Assembly: GCA_036339735.1 (NCBI GenBank)
Contig: JAYZAL010000026.1
Coordinates: 24,929-88,928 of the forward strand
Direction: 5' to 3'
Source: Candidatus Poribacteria bacterium
GTDB lineage: Bacteria; Poribacteria; WGA-4E; UBA9662
DNA: 64,000 nucleotides
The notes under the pieces were generated by a model that worked only from the letters and a program-made list of their open reading frames with translations, had not been told where the DNA came from and did not search any database. Positions 62,377-64,000 of the stretch are shown piece by piece (position 1 is the first letter of the stretch; every line of letters begins with the position of its first letter). The position numbers and the translations under genes are program-made.

Positions 62377-63498
62377 CTAGCTCACGTGTTGCAGTTTTGT
62401 CACCCGTCCGGTAGCAACCCACTCGGCTATAAAGATGTTACCTTCAGCGTCAAAGCAAGCGTCATGTGGATGAATGAACTTACCATCCATCCATTCTTGA
62501 GGCCGTTGGCGAATTTTCTCTTTCACTGTTTTATCGTCTAGGTTAGTAGTAACTCGTTCTACATCAGCCCCTAAACGAACTACTACTTCATTTTGTTTGT
62601 TAAGAATACTAACTCTAGCGTGTAATTCTGGTACTAACATCAAATCATTCCAAGTATCAATATTAGCAGGCAGACCGTACCCTTCTAAGGTTTCTAGGTA
62701 CTTACCGTCCAAGGTCAAATATTGCAAAGTATGGTGAGCTCGGTCGCAAACAACAATTTGGGGCTCTCTTCCAGGACGATTATCAACCCAAATACCGTGT
62801 GGAGTAGAAAATTTTCCTTTACCATCTCCTGGCCCCCCAAACTTGGAAATCCAATTACCATCTTTATCATATCGGTGAACGAAAAACGAGCCGTATCCGT
62901 CGGCTAGTAAGAAATCACCACCTTCAAGAAAAGCAAAATTAGTCGGCATGAAGGCGTCTCGTCCCCATCGTTTCTCTCTAACAGTATCTTCATTTGCCCG
63001 ATAAACGCCACTTTCCATAGGTGCATATTTTTCCCAGACGACTTCGCCAGTTAAGGTCATTTTGGCAAAAGACTTAACTTGTTGGTACGCGCAAACGTAA
63101 AGAAATTGCTCATTTCCTTCAGTTCGCACTTCAATCCCATGGCCTCCACCCTGAAACTGGTTACCAAACGAGCGCACATATTTACCAGTTTGGTCAAAGA
63201 CAAAAATTGATGGATGATCTGGTTCTTCAATTCTTCCTTCGTGAATTACATACAGTAACCCATCTGCGTCTACTGCCACATTATGCGTGGTTTGCCACCT
63301 GAACTGATCAGGTAATTTAGCCCATTGGTGAAAAACTTCATACTGATGTTCGCCTTGTCCAATAACCAGATTTTTTCGACCCGATTTATCTGACGCTTTA
63401 AGGATAGTTGGAGCGAAAACGGTTGTTAAGGTTGCCGCACTAGCCGTTTTAATAAAGAGACGCCGGCTCTGTGCTTGATCGTATTTTCTGTCTTTCAT
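62377..63498 (-). CDS. Tat-exported NHL-repeat protein (amidating lyase-like)
   Basis: SRRLFIK twin-arginine signal, PTNFAF, ADGYGS, FSTPHGI, VCDR, FIHPHDACFD. Confidence 0.8.
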   Translation of the reverse strand: MKDRKYDQAQSRRLFIKTASAATLTTVFAPTILKASDKSGRKNLVIGQGEHQYEVFHQWAKLPDQFRWQTTHNVAVDADGLLYVIHEGRIEEPDHPSIFVFDQTGKYVRSFGNQFQGGGHGIEVRTEGNEQFLYVCAYQQVKSFAKMTLTGEVVWEKYAPMESGVYRANEDTVREKRWGRDAFMPTNFAFLEGGDFLLADGYGSFFVHRYDKDGNWISKFGGPGDGKGKFSTPHGIWVDNRPGREPQIVVCDRAHHTLQYLTLDGKYLETLEGYGLPANIDTWNDLMLVPELHARVSILNKQNEVVVRLGADVERVTTNLDDKTVKEKIRQRPQEWMDGKFIHPHDACFDAEGNIFIAEWVATGRVTKLQHVS

Positions 63499-63530
63499 TT
63501 GACCAGACCTCGCCTAAATAATGTTGGCTC

Positions 63531-63559
63531 ATTCTAAGCCATCTTTACTAGGTTGTCAA
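63531..63559 (-). promoter_or_regulatory. Sigma-70 promoter for the NHL gene and downstream run
   Basis: TTGACA-N17-TAGAAT on the minus strand. Confidence 0.7.
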
Positions 63560-63632
63560 ATAAATATAGAACTGGAAAATCAGGTTGTGACAGGGATTCA
63601 GCAGGAAGAGTGAAAAAAATAACCCAAAGTAC

Positions 63633-63660
63633 TAAACAAATTGATTAGTCTGACCGATAA
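63633..63660 (+). promoter_or_regulatory. Sigma-28 (FliA/SigD)-type promoter P1
   Basis: TAAA-N16-ACCGATAA upstream of flagellin. Confidence 0.75.
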
Positions 63661-63731
63661 GGAATCAGCCAGTCAGTTGAAGCGACAACCGCCACTGACT
63701 AAGCCACGGAGACCAGGGTCAAAAAAAAGAT

Positions 63732-63759
63732 TAAACAAAACGACCCACACCTCCGATAA
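63732..63759 (+). promoter_or_regulatory. Sigma-28 (FliA/SigD)-type promoter P2
   Basis: TAAA-N16-TCCGATAA upstream of flagellin. Confidence 0.75.
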
Positions 63760-63859
63760 GAGGACAACCCAGTCAGTTCTTGGCAGAAACGACTGAGGTA
63801 GCAAGCAACAAACTTATCGCAAGATTGACCGAATTGATTAGAACAACAGGAGCAAGATC

Positions 63860-64000
63860 ATGGCATTAGCAAGCGGATTCAGAGTTAACACCAACACCAC
63901 CTCATTTCACACGTATCGATCCTACTCCAACTCCCAAGCCGGCTTGGAACAAAACATTGAACGATTATCCTCCGGCCTTCGCATCAACCGGGCGGCTGAC
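63860..64000 (+). CDS. fliC: Flagellin, N-terminal 47 codons (runs off the window; absent from the ORF track)
   Basis: Manual translation gives MALASGFRVNTNTTSFHTYRSYSNSQAGLEQNIERLSSGLRINRAAD, with the flagellin hallmark ERLSSGLRIN.AAD. AGGAG Shine-Dalgarno at 63848-63852. Confidence 0.92.
   Translation, partial: MALASGFRVNTNTTSFHTYRSYSNSQAGLEQNIERLSSGLRINRAAD

Overview
Bacterial chromosomal segment of roughly 40% GC by eye, most likely Candidatus Poribacteria. That assignment is inferred from a LamG protein ending in the K-A-T-T-T-W-G-x-x-K tail, a PhyH-HEAT fusion, and Gfo/Idh, sulfatase and sialidase-like genes. The window is gene-dense (about 52 CDS) and I saw no rRNA, tRNA, CRISPR array or intact transposase. 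Housekeeping genes include dnaN-recF-dciA-gyrB-gyrA with no adjacent dnaA, two dnaJ paralogues, asd, aspC, ndk, glpK, thrC, recD2, hppA, folC, glyA, msrB, selO, acpH and murQ. Carbohydrate catabolism genes are scattered through the window. Highlights: (1) a candidate minimal T9SS-like outer-membrane export system (two PorV/FadL-like barrels plus an operon ending in a 1141-aa SprA-related barrel), with a possible C-terminal TWG sorting tail on a secreted LamG protein; (2) larC split at an A9 slippery run with the geometry of a -1 programmed frameshift; (3) a flagellin gene missed by the ORF track at the right edge, preceded by two duplicated sigma-28 promoter plus hairpin modules 99-100 bp apart; (4) a gyrase with a non-canonical quinolone pocket and two QLDL clamp-motif-like peptides in GyrB; (5) a membrane pyrophosphatase carrying the Na+,H+ dual-transport signature. 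All family assignments come from motif recognition by eye; no database searches were run.
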